Positions 1-13,086 of a DNA stretch of 64,000 nucleotides are shown here, in pieces. Each line of letters opens with the position of its first letter. The stretch's first letter is position 1. The notes beneath the pieces are model-generated. The model saw only the letters and a list, made by a program, of their open reading frames with translations, was not told the DNA's origin and ran no database searches. Made by a program: the position numbers and the translations under genes. Location: NCBI GenBank assembly GCA_905178155.1, contig CAJINV010000004.1:9524625-9588624 (forward strand), given 5' to 3'. The DNA is from Amoebophrya sp. A120 (Eukaryota > Protista > Dinoflagellata).

Positions 1-90
1 TTGTCCAGTACGAGCTCAAAAATTCGCAAGAACTCACAGAAGACACACTGCAGCATTTAATGCGGGTGAGAACATGAGAGGAGCTGGGGC

Positions 91-1460
91 TATGAAGTCA
101 CAAAATACAAAAAGGTGACAGGTAAAAACCTCGAATATAATCGAAATCCCGCAGTTTTATTTTGCCAATTTTGGTTGTTGGGAGGTGGTTTTTGGAAAGT
201 AGGGGGGTTGGTTTTCGGGAGGTGTTTTTTTTTGTCGACGGGCAAAGAACCTACTGACACCGAGAGGAAGGCGCTTCGGTTTCCAGATGAAGGCGATTCA
301 ATTTCTAGACGAAGGCAACTGAGTTTCCAGATGAAGGCAATTCAATTTGCCGACTAAGGCGCTCAATCTGCCAAATTTGGTTTTGAAGAGCTGATTTCTG
401 CGCTCGCGTTTTTTGTTGTAAACGAAAAAAACCTTACAGAGACCTAGACCCCGCACACAAAAAGCATCGAAACGGTGGGGCCCGAGTGAGCTTCTTCATG
501 ACACTGAGACCTTGGCCAAACATCGCACAAACGTGATCCATCGGCGCCGAAATGCAAACCGAGGACCTTCTTGGCCGCGACCAACGAGAGCGCGCGCTGT
601 GCGACTGCGAGGAGATACGGGGGCCATGCAAGTCAGAGGCTTTTCATTTTTCAGGCAAAGCCAGGCAATTTTCTGGCAAATTCATCAAAGATTTGCGACA
701 TGCGAAAAATTGGCAATTTCAAAAAATTTGGGAATTCTGAGGAAATTCCGGCAATTTTCGGGATTATTCGAAAAATTTCGCTGCAAATCTTCAAATAATC
801 CCGAAAGTTTGGACTTTTCTCATCAAATTCCCAAATCTTTCGAAGTTGCCGTGCAGAAGTCCTTGAGCTTTCTCCAGAATTCGCTGACTTCCCTGCGCAT
901 CTGCACCGAAACCCGCAAGCACCTTCGCAGAGAGCATTTGCTCACGGATCGCGGTGAAAAAGCTTCGCGCTGGGTTGTGGTGAAAAGGGCGATCCCGTTT
1001 TCGGTGAGGATGGCTTAGGTTTTTCCGATGTTTGGCTAAGGACTCAGCGCCGTGAAAAAGCTCACTCGGGCGCTGGTGCTCATGCGTTTTGTAGGCGGAG
1101 GCCTGATCTCAGTAAGCTGCTTTTTCGTTTATAAAAAAGAAAACGAACGCAAAAGCCGCTGGCTTTTCCGTTCGTATTCTTGGTTTTCGAGAGGTGGCCA
1201 ACCTCTCGAAAACCGAAGTCGGCAGATTGAATCACCTTGGTCGGCAAATCGAATCGCCTTAGTCGGGAAATTGAGTGGCCTTTTTCTCGGTGTTAGTAAG
1301 TTGTTTTTCCGCCTACAAAAAAAAAATAGTGGCCGGAAAACAGCCTCCCTACCTTCCCAAAACCACCTCCCGAAAACCGAAATCGGCGAAATAAAACTGC
1401 GAGATTTCGACTCTATTCAGGAAATTTACCTGTCACCTTTTTGTATTTTGTGCGTTCATA
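91..1460. mobile_element. Non-autonomous foldback/MITE-like DNA transposon with long imperfect TIRs and 8-bp TSD
   Basis: Starts TATGAAGTCACAAAATACAAAAAGGTGACAGG, ends CCTGTCACCTTTTTGTATTTTGTGCGTTCATA. Inverted similarity continues several hundred bp inward (e.g. ~420-520 vs ~1020-1130). GCTGGGGC at 83-90 and 1461-1468. No credible ORF. Confidence 0.85.
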
Positions 1461-1595
1461 GCTGGGGCATCCACACCACATGATCTAAAGATAAAAATAT
1501 AGAAAAATGATCGTCCCGCGACTGCGCGGCGCCTCACAAATTTTCTTCGCAATTTTCAAAAAGCTTTTCCTTTTCGCACGACTTGAAAAGTTGTT

Positions 1596-3696
1596 TTGCG
1601 TCACATTTGGTGACGTTGGCAAGGTGGTATTCAAATCGCCTAGATTCATCGGTGAATGAAGAGAATTGAATTCACAGCCTCAACCTTCATGAACTTCTAT
1701 CAATCTGTCGTGAAAACCAGAACCAAATAAACCCGTCACAGGTCCTGAAGATGGTTTTCTGACTAGGCATAGGCATAAGATGGTGAACGTGTTGCGTCCC
1801 TGTACTATAGTTGTGACAAGTAAAAGCCCTTCAATAGTTGTTTCTCACGCCTGCTACACCAATGCACGATTAAAGTCCAGTATTAATCAAATTTATTTCC
1901 CTTTATGCTCCTTGTCAAAACATTCTACACCATTGCCTTTGCCAAGGACGAGTTATCTAATAAATTCATCCTGTGCGGCTAAAAAGCAGCTTACCCATAA
2001 TTCGGGTGCTCAGCAGAATGTTTCGTCCACCCGCTGCTGGCAAAGAGCAGCAGCGCGTTCCTACGTCACCACGAGTACTATCAAGTCGCTAACCGGAGGT
2101 GCGAAGATGCTTCCGGCTATTGGTGACCCGCGTTTGGGCGACGAGGAAAAGGGCGAGCAAGATGAACTTCCGCTGTCTGGACCAGCACTACAACAGGGAT
2201 CAAGAATAGCGAAGACCCGTTCCGACAGCGACACTCCGGCCGCCTTCCTCGACACACTGCACCAGGCGTTTTATGCTACTAAAAATGGCCGAGGGGTAGC
2301 CGTAGGCGTAGCGAGGATTTCTAATTTGGATGGTGGAATCGAACCTCTGCAAGCAGATGAAGACGACGATGATCCGATGGAGCAATCCGATTTTTCACTC
2401 TCGACGTCCTTTTCTACTTCCGAAGCCCAGGAACCACCACAACCGGCAGATCTTCCGGTGGGAAAAGAATTGTTGAACCACCAACGTCAAAAGCTTGAAC
2501 ACCTGGCCTCCACCTTGGAAAACCTTTTCAACCGCTGGCAGGACTGTTCTCTCCAGTTCGGCGTCGACGAGCAGTACAACAATAAAATCAAACACAATAA
2601 AATAATGGAAATCAAGAGGTTCTTCACGTTGAAGTTCCTCAAATAGACTCCTCATTTTGAGTAGAAGTCTCGCGTACAACGCGAACACTGTAAACTGTAA
2701 ACTGTAAATTGCGTCGCATTTGGTGACAGACGTTTGCAAGTTGAATTTCCAATCGCCTAGATTCATCGGTGAATGAAGAGGACTAAATCCAGAGCCGCAA
2801 CCTTCATGAGCTTCTATCAATCTGTCGTGAAAACCAGAATATTAAACCCGTCACAGGTCCTGAAGATGGTTTTTTCACTAGGCATAGGCATAAGATGGTG
2901 AACGTGATTCGCCCCAGTATAGTTGCGACAAGTAAAAGCCCTCCAATAGTTGTTTCATCTCACGCCTGCTACACTAATGCACGAAAGTCCAGTATTAAAC
3001 AAATTCACTTCCCTTTATGCTTCTTGTCAAAAAATTCTACACCATTGCCTTTGCCAAGGACGAGTCATTTAATAAATTCATCCTGTGCCGCTAAGCAGCT
3101 TACACTTACTCATAATTCGGGTGCTCAGCAGAATGTTTCGTCCACCCGCTGCTGGCAAAGAGCAGCAGCCCGTTCCTATCTCACCACGAGTACTATCAGG
3201 TCGCTAACCGGAGCGAAGATGCTGCCGGCTATTGGTGACCCCCGTTTGGGCGACGAGGAAAAGGGCGAGCAGGATGAACTTTCGCTGTCTGGACCAGCAC
3301 TACAACAGGGATCAAGAATAGCGAAGACCCGTTCCGACAGCGACACTCCGGCCGCCTTCCTCGACACACTGCACCAGGCGTTTTATGCTACTAAAAATGG
3401 CCGAGGGGTAGCCGTAGCGAGGATTTCTAATTTGGATGGTGGAATCGAACCTCTGCAAGCAGATGAAGACGACGATGATCCGATGGAGCAATCCGATTTT
3501 TCACTCTCGTCCTTTTCTACTTCCGAAGCCCAGGAACCACAAGCGGCAGCTCTTCCGGTGGGAAAAAACGTGTTGAACCACCAACGTCAAAAGCTTGAAC
3601 ACCTGGCCTCCCATCTGGAAAACCTTTTCAACCGCTGGCAGGACTGTTCTCTTCAGTTCGGCGTCGACGAGCAGTACAACAATAAAATCAAACACA
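1596..3696 (+). repeat. Tandem duplication of ~1 kb (copies ~1596-2596 and ~2708-3696)
   Basis: Both copies start near TTGCGTC(A/G)CATTTGGTGAC, cover upstream region plus 5' CDS, and stop matching after ...AATAAAATCAAACACA. Confidence 0.9.
1780..2646 (+). pseudogene. Truncated 5' duplicate of the ADO/PCO-like gene, lacking the cupin domain
   Basis: Near-identical to the N-terminal half of 2895-4556, diverges after NNKIKH and stops. Confidence 0.75.
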
Positions 3697-4556
3697 TCCA
3701 CAAACTCCGCGAGCAAGCCGGCGAGAGAAACCTGACCGGCTACGTGTGCACGCTGGTTTCCCGGCCGGACTACGGACTGTCCATTTGGTCGCTGCCGCCG
3801 AAAACCAGTTTGCCGGTGCATTCCCATCCCGGTTTTGTGGTGGGGAAGGTGTTGAGCGGGGGGGATTTGCTTTCCACCTCGTTGAAGACACTTTGTTCGA
3901 AGGAAGATGCTACAATGACGGGGAAGTCCGGTTGTGCTTCCGAAGAATCTGCTGCTGATTTTCGTTTGTCCGCAGCAGGAGGGGGCCATCAATCGGTGCA
4001 AGCGGTCCTTCATCCAGACGACAGCAAAAGAGCTGCGACTGAAAATAAAACGCAGTTTTTCGAAGTGAAGAAAGTAACACTAGCAGCCGCAGAAAAAACC
4101 ACCGAGATCATCGGGCACGCAGGCACGCCGGTGGCAGCGATTATCACGACAAAGAGTTCTATTCCTAATAGAAGTAGTGCTGACGCTACAGGTACAACTT
4201 CTTCCGTGTTCAAAATAACGCCGGAGGAAAACATACACACCCTGAGAAACGACAGCGACACGGAAATTGTGAATTTTGTCGAAGTGACATTCCCGAATTA
4301 CACGAAAGTCGCAGATTGCCGGTACTTCGAGCTTGATCATGTTCACGACGCTAGTACTCGTGGCGCGGCGTTGTCCTCAACCGGGGAAGAAGATAGTGCT
4401 TCTGCCCCTGCTCCTGCTGCTCGTCGTCCGCAATACAAACTAATTGAGCACGAAGGTCCGCCGGAATGGTTTCACACGGGGAATTTACCGTACGTGGGAT
4501 CGCTCGATTTACGGGGATTAGAGCCTGATGCGCCCAGTCCACGGCGAAAGACTTGA
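2895..4556 (+). CDS. Cysteamine dioxygenase / plant cysteine oxidase (ADO/PCO)-like cupin protein with long N-terminal extension
   Basis: Motifs LSIWSLPPKTSLPVHSHPGFVVGKVLSG, ENIHTL, VEVTFPNY..DCRYF and PYVG match the PCO_ADO pattern. N-terminus is Ser/Arg-rich and presequence-like. Confidence 0.75.
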   Translation: MVNVIRPSIVATSKSPPIVVSSHACYTNARKSSIKQIHFPLCFLSKNSTPLPLPRTSHLINSSCAAKQLTLTHNSGAQQNVSSTRCWQRAAARSYLTTSTIRSLTGAKMLPAIGDPRLGDEEKGEQDELSLSGPALQQGSRIAKTRSDSDTPAAFLDTLHQAFYATKNGRGVAVARISNLDGGIEPLQADEDDDDPMEQSDFSLSSFSTSEAQEPQAAALPVGKNVLNHQRQKLEHLASHLENLFNRWQDCSLQFGVDEQYNNKIKHIHKLREQAGERNLTGYVCTLVSRPDYGLSIWSLPPKTSLPVHSHPGFVVGKVLSGGDLLSTSLKTLCSKEDATMTGKSGCASEESAADFRLSAAGGGHQSVQAVLHPDDSKRAATENKTQFFEVKKVTLAAAEKTTEIIGHAGTPVAAIITTKSSIPNRSSADATGTTSSVFKITPEENIHTLRNDSDTEIVNFVEVTFPNYTKVADCRYFELDHVHDASTRGAALSSTGEEDSASAPAPAARRPQYKLIEHEGPPEWFHTGNLPYVGSLDLRGLEPDAPSPRRKT

Positions 4557-5331
4557 TGATGAGCGGTTGTGAATTTAATCTGCAGTGTGGATTGATGTGA
4601 TGATCTTCATCTTCGTCTTTCTGCTGATTGACATCGATCCCGCGTAGTCCGCGCACGATAGTACATGCAAGATAGACCAGAGCCTTTCAACATAAGTACC
4701 CTTGATTGCGAACTCCACCCTCGGAAGACCTAGTACCCATTTTCTTTCTACTCAGGACAGCGACAACACAGTGACATTTTTCTTCAGCCATGAACTGGCT
4801 GCGACAACATGTTGACTTTTCCACGTAGCGTATTCAACTGCCGGCTGTCAGTTTGATTGGCTAGCGAAGTGCAAGTGTTCCACCTGAAGAACAGCAAAAT
4901 TTATGAAACCTTTTACTTCAGCTTCGGTTTCGGATCTTACAAAATCGTCATCTGGATTTCGTGGCCCGAGTCGCTTGAGTGAGATGGTTCTTCGAGAGAC
5001 GAGAAGCGAAACAAGCACTATGTAGTGGTGCAAGAAAGTGCATGATGTTGATGGTCGTGTGTCTGGTGCTGGAAGATCGGCAAAAATATAATTCCTCGTT
5101 CGTCGTCGTCTCGTTATCGACATCGTTCTCGTTGAAAAAAAGAAGGTCGCACATCTGCGTGCCACTTTCACGCACTCCGAGTGCGATGGAAGGCGAATCG
5201 CGAAGAACATAATAAAGCGAACCCACATTGCATCTTCGTTCTTCCGGCACCTTAGGAGCTACAGCTACGGCCGCAGGTAGAGGTACAAGTGGAAGTTAGA
5301 AGACGCTAACCTCCAGACGAGAAAAAAAAAG

Positions 5332-7007
5332 ATGGTCGATCCAAAGGAGCTCCTCGCTGAGGTGAACCGCTTTCGGCGGAACCCGGCCCAGTATGTGGAG
5401 GAAATGCAGAGTGAGCTGCAGTTTCGACAAAACGTGGAGTCGGAGGTGCACCAACGGCAGGCCAGCTACACAACCGCCACAGACGCTATCGTTTTCCCGT
5501 CCGGCGCCATGGTGGAGACACAGGAGGGCATGAGCAGCCTGGAATCGTTGGAGGAGGACGTCAAAGCGCTCGGTAATAATCCACTGTTGTTCCTTATGCT
5601 TTGCGTGGTTTCTTGGCATGACAAGAAGAAGAAGAAGAAGGTTTCAACATGTACTTACAACTTTGCACGACAAGCAAACACATATCCCCAACCTCTATCA
5701 GGTTACGATCCAGACGTGACGCTTTTCCCGTTCGGCCTACCCGAGTTGCAGTTTTCCTCCGAACTGTCCGAAGCGTGTCGCGACCACGTGCAAGACCTCT
5801 GCTCAAACGATTTCTACTCGCACATCGGCACGGACGGAACAACCCCAGAGGAGAGAATAGTGAAGTATGGGAGCTTCAACTACGCAAGGTACTTATCTTA
5901 CTTCACTAAAGTACTGATAACATGCGACTCGCAATAATGCGTGTACTTGTTTAAATGCATACGTTAATATGCGGGTTTGGATTTGCGCCATGATTCATCA
6001 GACCACATATCAATCAGTGTACGCATGAAAATCTTCCAGTTGTAGTTGATCTTGAATTCACGTGTACAGGTTCCCGCAATATCACGCAGAGGTGGACAAA
6101 ATCCGGGCGAAAACCACGAATCGCAGAATGAACAACACGACGAACCACCGGTTCCGTGACCGTTCGCAGACAACGAACGTGGATTCTGCTTTGCTGAACG
6201 CGGAACTCAAGAAGTTCACCGGGGAAATCTCCCCGCCCACCAGTCCCGCCGGCGCTGGGAACATTGACAGAAGCTCCTCCCCCGGCGGGCACGCGCACGG
6301 CGGTGAAACAGGCGCGGAGGGAGGTGCGGCGGGCGCAGGTGGGGGTTCACCCAGCGGCGGTAAGGGCGGGCAGAAGGGGAAGAAAGGCAGTGGTACCGCC
6401 GGAGACGCCCCTTCGTCAGTGATAAAAAAGGCCAAGGAACCAAAAAACACAAACACCGTGCCCTATCAGGTATGGTCGAAGTGTAGAAGTCTACTCGGCG
6501 ACATTAGTTTCATCTGATGCAACAACATTGGGCAAACGTATGTTGGATCGATCGCCTTTTGATGGTGCTTTTTCTTTTCCAAAACTACAAAATCAACGAT
6601 CCACAAAACCCAAAACCCATCTCCAGGTTGCGGAGAACATCCACTTTGGGCTTTCCACCGCAAAAGACGTGGTTTACCATTTCCTCCTGGACGACAAGGA
6701 CCCGCACCGGGGCCACCGACAGAACCTGCTCAACCGCGACTTCCACCACTTTGGCGGCGCGTTTTCCGGGAAACACCCGTCCGCGCTGACCTGCGCGTGC
6801 GTTTTGCTGGTGGACGCGTCGTTTTTTCCCAAAAAGCCGCCACAAGTGAGGTTGGATTTGGCGCAGGAGTACATCGGGAAGCCGAACGTTGGGTACCAGG
6901 ACGACACATTCTACGACGTCATTCCGCTGTTACACGAACCCCCGAAGGCGGCCCGGGGGGGCGCGAACGTGCTCAATAGCCATGGGGACGAGTTTCTTTT
7001 GGTATAG
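5332..7007 (+). CDS. CAP/SCP (PR-1-like) domain protein, 3 canonical GT-AG introns
   Basis: EVNRFRRNP, LSEACRDHVQDL..FYSHIGTDGTTPEER, AENIHFG, GHRQNLLNRDFHHFG. Introns approx. 5573-5701, 5889-6069, 6470-6626. Confidence 0.85.
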
Positions 7008-7577
7008 TAAAATTAATCCAGGTGGATGGCTTTGTTGTAGTGCGTTGCAAGATGAAATGAAGGATAAGGATTAGAATTAGCATCCTGTGTCATCAGGATG
7101 CAGATCATGATGATCTCATGTTCATGCTGATCATCATCATGTTCAGCATCTTGCGTCACAAACACCAATACAACCTCCTCAGGACGCACCACCGAGTAAA
7201 GCTGGTTTTAGTCACATCGTATCCGGCGCCACGAGCAGACGAGACAGCCGGCCAGAGATTGATGGTATCAAGGCCTCGGACATGCACGATATGGGTATAG
7301 AGGTTTTCTGCCAAAACATCTTCACCCGGAACTCTTTACTAGTCTCTTCGGTTTGCTATGAAAGCATGCGTTCGCGCTTTTTCTTTTGTATGAGCGTATC
7401 AAATCTTTTGACTTTTTTTTCTTCCTCCAAGTGCGGCGCTCTACTGCAAATGCAAAATCTGACTGCACAGTGACGGCCCACCGGCGAGAACTGCTGAACT
7501 CGTCCCAGCAAGTGTCCAAAACGAACACCATTACGAGCAGTATCGTGACCAGCCACGAAGCTGGCGGCGACTACAGC

Positions 7578-10500
7578 ATGAAACGGAAGGTCGAGACAAC
7601 CACGTGGCAGGACGTTTGTGACTTAGTGAAGCCCACCCAGTACAAACTGTCGGCGAAGCAGGAGCAGCAGATCCCGGCGCTGATCAAACCGTTGAAGCGG
7701 TTTTGGCGGTACATCCCACCAAGAGATCTCTACCCGAAGTCCTTTCTTGGCGAGGTGGAAAAGCGACACGTGGCGAAGTCCATCGTCCGGGCGTTCTGTC
7801 ACCACGTGTCCCACAAGGGGGAGCCGAGAATACGGGAGAACGAGCTGAGCGAAACCCTAGAGCGGTTCAACGTGTACAAGCTCCGCCCGAACTACCACCC
7901 CGGGCTGGTGAAGGAGCTGTTCGACGAAATTATCCACCGCCGGCCGATCGAGCTGCAGAAATTCCGCGACATCTCCGATCAGGAGGTCTACGACGCGATC
8001 TGCGACAAACGCGAGTGGGCCCCGGTGATCAACATCGTATGCTTCCCGGAGAAATCCGATAAAATGCAGCAGCCCTACGAGTTGATCGGAAGGACAAGTG
8101 TGATCGATGAGTGGCTGCTGAAACTTTACGACGACTTCCAGTCGATCGGCTTTTTCGGCGGCAACACCGAGGTGCCGAACATCTTCGGACACAGTAGCAC
8201 GAAGGAAAACTACAAGGTCCCGGGCTATTACCGGGCTTTCGGCGAGGAGTTGGTGCGATTCATGAAACGGTCCCCGGATTTTAGGAGCGAGGTCTTGTCG
8301 TTTCTGCAAAAACCCGGAGCAACTACTGGTGGATCTTCTACTTCAATTAACAAGAATAACGAAGATGTCGTCGAACAGATGCACGAGATCAAGTTCCACA
8401 ACCCGCGGAAGCTGTGGGTGTTTTCCCGGCGACCAAACGCGGATATTTGGCTGGACATGATGAAGCTGCTGGATCACAACCCGGTGAACCAGGAGGCGCA
8501 CAAGCGGAACGACCACTTTTTCAACGGGCATTTACTGGACATCCAGGGGGAACCCGTGCCGAAGCAGAACCACGCGAAGATGGACAACAAGGAGGTGACA
8601 CGGTCAAAAGTGTTTCAGAACGAAAGGTCCGACGCGTGGATCCAGAACAAACCGGCCATGGGGTTGCTCGGCGGGACCTATTTGCAGACCATGACGGGGC
8701 AGCTGGCGACCCTACCGGGCGTCGGGTTGACCCGGGATGTGTACCGCGAACCGATCGACGAGAAGATTTCCGATTCGCTGAAAGTTGTGGTCGAACCGCA
8801 GAACAGTATCCAGATCAAGGAAGTGAAGATAAAGCCCCTCGCAACCGTCCACTCCCTGCGGCCGACGGAGCAGTACCCGGGCGTCAATGCGATTGAGGAG
8901 GGAAGGTTAGAGACCGGACCGGAGGAGAAGCCGAAACCTTTGTCGGAACTGGAGCAATTAAGTCACCAGAACGCAAACTACGTAAACGAGACGATCGGAG
9001 CATCATCTTCCTCGTCTTCTAGTGCTGGTGGTCCGCAACAACTGCAGCAGAGCCGATCCGCGCAGGGTGGTCTCCGCTTCACCCTTGACGGGAGCAAAAG
9101 GACCTTTCGCCGCGCGATGGCGAAAACAGAGAGGGTCAGCTTCAACCGCAACCAGCTGCAACAGGTCTTAGTCAACACAGCCGCTATGACGGGGCACTAC
9201 GACCAGACACTGTCCACTTGGAGGAATAGGAAAACCACGACGAGCGTCAGTCCGGAGAAGAGCAAAAGTAGCGTTGGTGCAAATATTAACGGCGCAACGC
9301 TCTACTACGCGGAGCCGCCTGGTGGTAGTTTTGAAGAGGATAGCGATGCAGCACTTAATATGTTGCAACAAGAACCAGCGGACCAACATCAAATTGAGCC
9401 AGCACTGTTAATACAACATCAGCCCGGTGGAACATCCCAGAACTCGAGTCCGAGTTGGAGAAGCAAGTCTTCTGGCATAAAATACCCGCCAACCGTCGTT
9501 GCGGGTTCGATAAAAGGGCCAGATAATGTCGATCCGGAAGTCCGCGACCAGCTCTACGGGCCGATTCTGAACACCAACGACTCGGTGTGCCAGCCCGAGG
9601 ACAAAATTCCGCTTACCAACACCGGGGATAGCATTCCCGTGATCGGGTCCGGGGGGGTCAGACTCCTGCGGCCCGCGAAGTTCAGTCTCGCGCAAACGTT
9701 GTCCGAAGCATACAAGGGGACGATTCTAACCTCAAAGTCCATATGGGATTCTCAAATGTTACATTCTCAACTGTTACATGATTTGCCATGCAAAATCACC
9801 ATGAGCCACCAGACGATAAAGCTACCTCGCATGACAAATCCCCGAAGGGCTAAACAGCATCTAAATCTGTGCCGCATTTGTGATGCGAGAGATGCAAGCT
9901 TGCCCATTTCACGACTGTTGCGGCTCTTGCATCACAAATTCATGCAACAGTTGAGAGTGTAACGTTTGAGAACTTCATAGTCCAAGGCGATAACGTATGG
10001 GAAATGCGCGATCGAGCACCCGCCGGCCGGGAGCGGGAACTATCAAACAAAAAAAGTTCGTCGCGATCACTCATGCGCATTTTTGCAACACAAAATTGTT
10101 TGTCATGCGTAAAAATGCATCACAGCCAAACTTCATTAGGGATTTCCCTAGTGTTTCTGCAATACAAGGAAAATTTTTGACGCTAAGAAAATTTGTAATG
10201 CAAAACCTGCAAGTTAGTGACTGTGACAAACTTTTTTCTCTCCATAGGAACAGCAGTAGCAGTAGTAGCTCCATGCTGCAGCGACACGCGTACTCGACCC
10301 TGAATCTGAACGCGGTGCAACCGACTGCGAAGCAGATGTGCGTTCACACGTGGTACAATAATTTACCATGTGCAGGGGACAGCACCGTCACGCAAATCGG
10401 CGCGATGCCACTACATCTGGCGTCGGGGATTGATGCGAAGACGAAGGTATTCTTGATTGGATTTTGTCATGTAAGTACTATGGGACAGCATGTGCATATA

Positions 10501-11614
10501 GATCAGCATTATAGGAGTTTGGGTTCAACAGCAGAAATTTTTTTCGTCTCTATTCGCTCCTGCTGTAGTGCCATGACGAATTTATATCAAAATGCGGCCA
10601 GCAGCACACGAAACATCAATCTTCCAAACATAGGTGAACGCGGTGCGGTTCAACGACAAAGAGTGCGGCAACATCGACCACTATGCGGCAAACATCCCCT
10701 CGAGAAACAACTACGTGGATACCAGCTTCTCCAGCGTAAAGCACCCGTATAACAACCACGGGATTTTCTACCACAACGTGAACAACAAAACCAGCAACAC
10801 GATCTCCGGCACGTATTTGGAGCTCAACGCGCAGAGGCTGTCGAAGAAACAGACGAAGTCGACCCTTTCCCTGGATCAGGAAGAGCTTTACCGCTACGTG
10901 GCAACGGACCAAGGTCCGGTGACGAATGCGGTGAACCACGCAGACCTGGGTGCGCACTTGGATCACTCGAAATACGTGCCACGGGGGGCGGATTACGACA
11001 AAATTGCGCGCTTGTCGGTATAGTTTTTAAACTTGTTTTGGTCTCAAGCTTTTTCCCACGAACGACTTGAACAGGATCTTCAGGGTGCTTATTTATTATC
11101 CCGATGGTGATCTTCGTCCTCTTCGCGGTGCCGGTGCATGCTGTTCGTTTTTGTAGAAGTAGTGCTGCATCATGTGATGACTGATGATCTTCTTCACATC
11201 GTCAAGTACAGACTGGGAAGTAGAAGTTCTTGTCAAATCTACCATTATCAGGTGGACCACCGTTTCGATGGCCAGTTTCTCGCGCGCAACAAGGAGATGT
11301 GTCCGACCCCGCAGGACGCCAAGAAAGCAGCTTGCCGGGGGACCAGATCGGTTTCTGGTCCGTACAAGCCGTGGAAACCGCACGTGTTTCGCGCCGATGA
11401 GCCGGAAAGGAATGGACGATTCGGGCCGAGGAAATTCAACGCCGAAAACCTCGGCGCGAGGCCACTGGCGTTGCCGATCTCGGGTATCGATACGTTACCG
11501 AATCCCGACCGGATTACGAACTTCCTGAACATCGAGAAGACCGACGCGAAGGAGGCAAACACGATCGTGACGCAGATCAGGCCAAATCTGCCGACAAACA
11601 GCGTGGGCATGTAG
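7578..11614 (+). CDS. Large hypothetical protein (multi-exon; start uncertain)
   Basis: Long ORF 7386-9962 with coding-like GC3, continued across two TAT..ATA elements and GT-AG introns into ORFs 10634-11023 and 11138-11614. No domain recognised. Confidence 0.65.
9742..9979. mobile_element. Introner / non-canonical intron, family C
   Basis: TATGGGATTCTCAAATGTTACATTCTCAACTGTT...AACAGTTGAGAGTGTAACGTTTGAGAACTTCATA; DR GTCCA. Confidence 0.85.
10041..10246. mobile_element. Introner / non-canonical intron
   Basis: TATCAAACAAAAAAAGTTCGTCGCGATCACT...AGTGACTGTGACAAACTTTTTTCTCTCCATA; DR GGAAC. Confidence 0.8.
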
Positions 11615-12744
11615 CTGCAAGGAGGACCAGGGCCGGGTTTGATACGTCGGAATGAACCGAAGCAGGAGAAAAGTAGTGAACGATTGAAATATTTAAAAAT
11701 TAGAACTTGATACGTCGAAAAGAAGCACCTATTTTGTATTATCAGGAAAAGTCACAAGGAGCCAAGGGTCGGCCGCTCAGAGGACCACTCTGAATTTACG
11801 ATGAACTTCCATTCTAGCAAAAAAAATATTCTACGTGTTTAACTAGGCAAGCGAAATTGATACTTCACTCAAGCTCATTTTCGTTCTCTAGGTGCCATCA
11901 CAAATGAAACGGGCTGCGATAATTCTGTACAATACGCACTGGCGTTCTTGATACGTATCTATCATAGCTACCTGTTTCGTTTCCATGTACTTTTTTCTTC
12001 CTGAATAAATTCGCAAATTTTATACGACTCAACTCACAAAACGCAATAAAGCAAAAAAAATCTGTTGACAATTTACCGCGAGGAACTGAAGATGGCAAGA
12101 ATGAACCCTGAACTAGACCTGTGGCGGTCTCTGGTTATACGTTTTGGTTTTACATAAACGGAATGAACCGTGGACAAAGCGTGTACCCCGGGGGAAGCCG
12201 AGCCTAGTGCTGCCATGCTGTAAGCAGGCGTGCAAAGGCAAGAAGGACAAGGAATTTCGATTGACCGACCTTTATATCGAAAATGTCGTATAGCGGAGAC
12301 TTTCGCGTCGTCGACGACACGAGGCCGTGCGAGCGACATCGGTGCTGACAATGAGAGCTGGAACTGAACTTAAGTAGTCGTGCAGCTCCTGGACAACTCC
12401 CATGGTCGTGTGTGAAGTCGGAGGAGTTTTGTGCTCGTGTCGTCCGCTGCTCCTCTCGTCAGTAAGTACGCAGCAGCATCCAAAGAATAAAATATTTCAT
12501 CAGGTGCATGACTCTTCATCTCCAAACACAACATAGTGAAGTCGTCGCGAACTCGCCACTTACAATGCCTGCATCTCCGCATTTGTAAAAGAAGATTAGA
12601 GAACCAGGGGCGCGACTTTGAAGCCACATCTTGCGTATTACACCCTTGTAAAAGTACTTAAAAAATCCGCCAAGATGGACACGTTTGTGGACCATTGCCG
12701 GAAAGGGAAGGAGTTCCGGACTGCAATGGAAGACAACCTGACCC

Positions 12745-13086
12745 ATGCAAAAAGGAAATTCCAACGTATTGAACAGAAATTTTTGGCTGCTTGTTTTGCC
12801 TGAACAATGTGATCTCGTATTGCACAAGCACGCTCTGTATATGCACGAAATAAACATCAAATCAGGCGAACTGGATTTCACGGCGTACCAGTATGGCCAC
12901 GACCCGATGTACCTCGGTGTCAATGGTCAAATTGACTACGGTAAGATCTGGGGTCAGACCTCCGCGACCATGCAGAAACTCCTCTGGCCAGCGAGCTACT
13001 GGCGGCGGGTGTACTTCAGAAAAAGAAATGAGGACGACCCAGACCCGGAGCATTACGAGTATCGATTTTTAGCACAGGATTTGTGA
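12745..13086 (+). CDS. Possible exon of a hypothetical gene
   Basis: 3' part (from ~12865) has coding-like composition after a CAG. No homology recognised. Confidence 0.3.
   Translation: MQKGNSNVLNRNFWLLVLPEQCDLVLHKHALYMHEINIKSGELDFTAYQYGHDPMYLGVNGQIDYGKIWGQTSATMQKLLWPASYWRRVYFRKRNEDDPDPEHYEYRFLAQDL

Noticed and set aside
115-1483. ORFs within the foldback element as a transposase
   Set aside because: Short, mostly non-ATG starts, no DDE or BED motifs, low-complexity composition.
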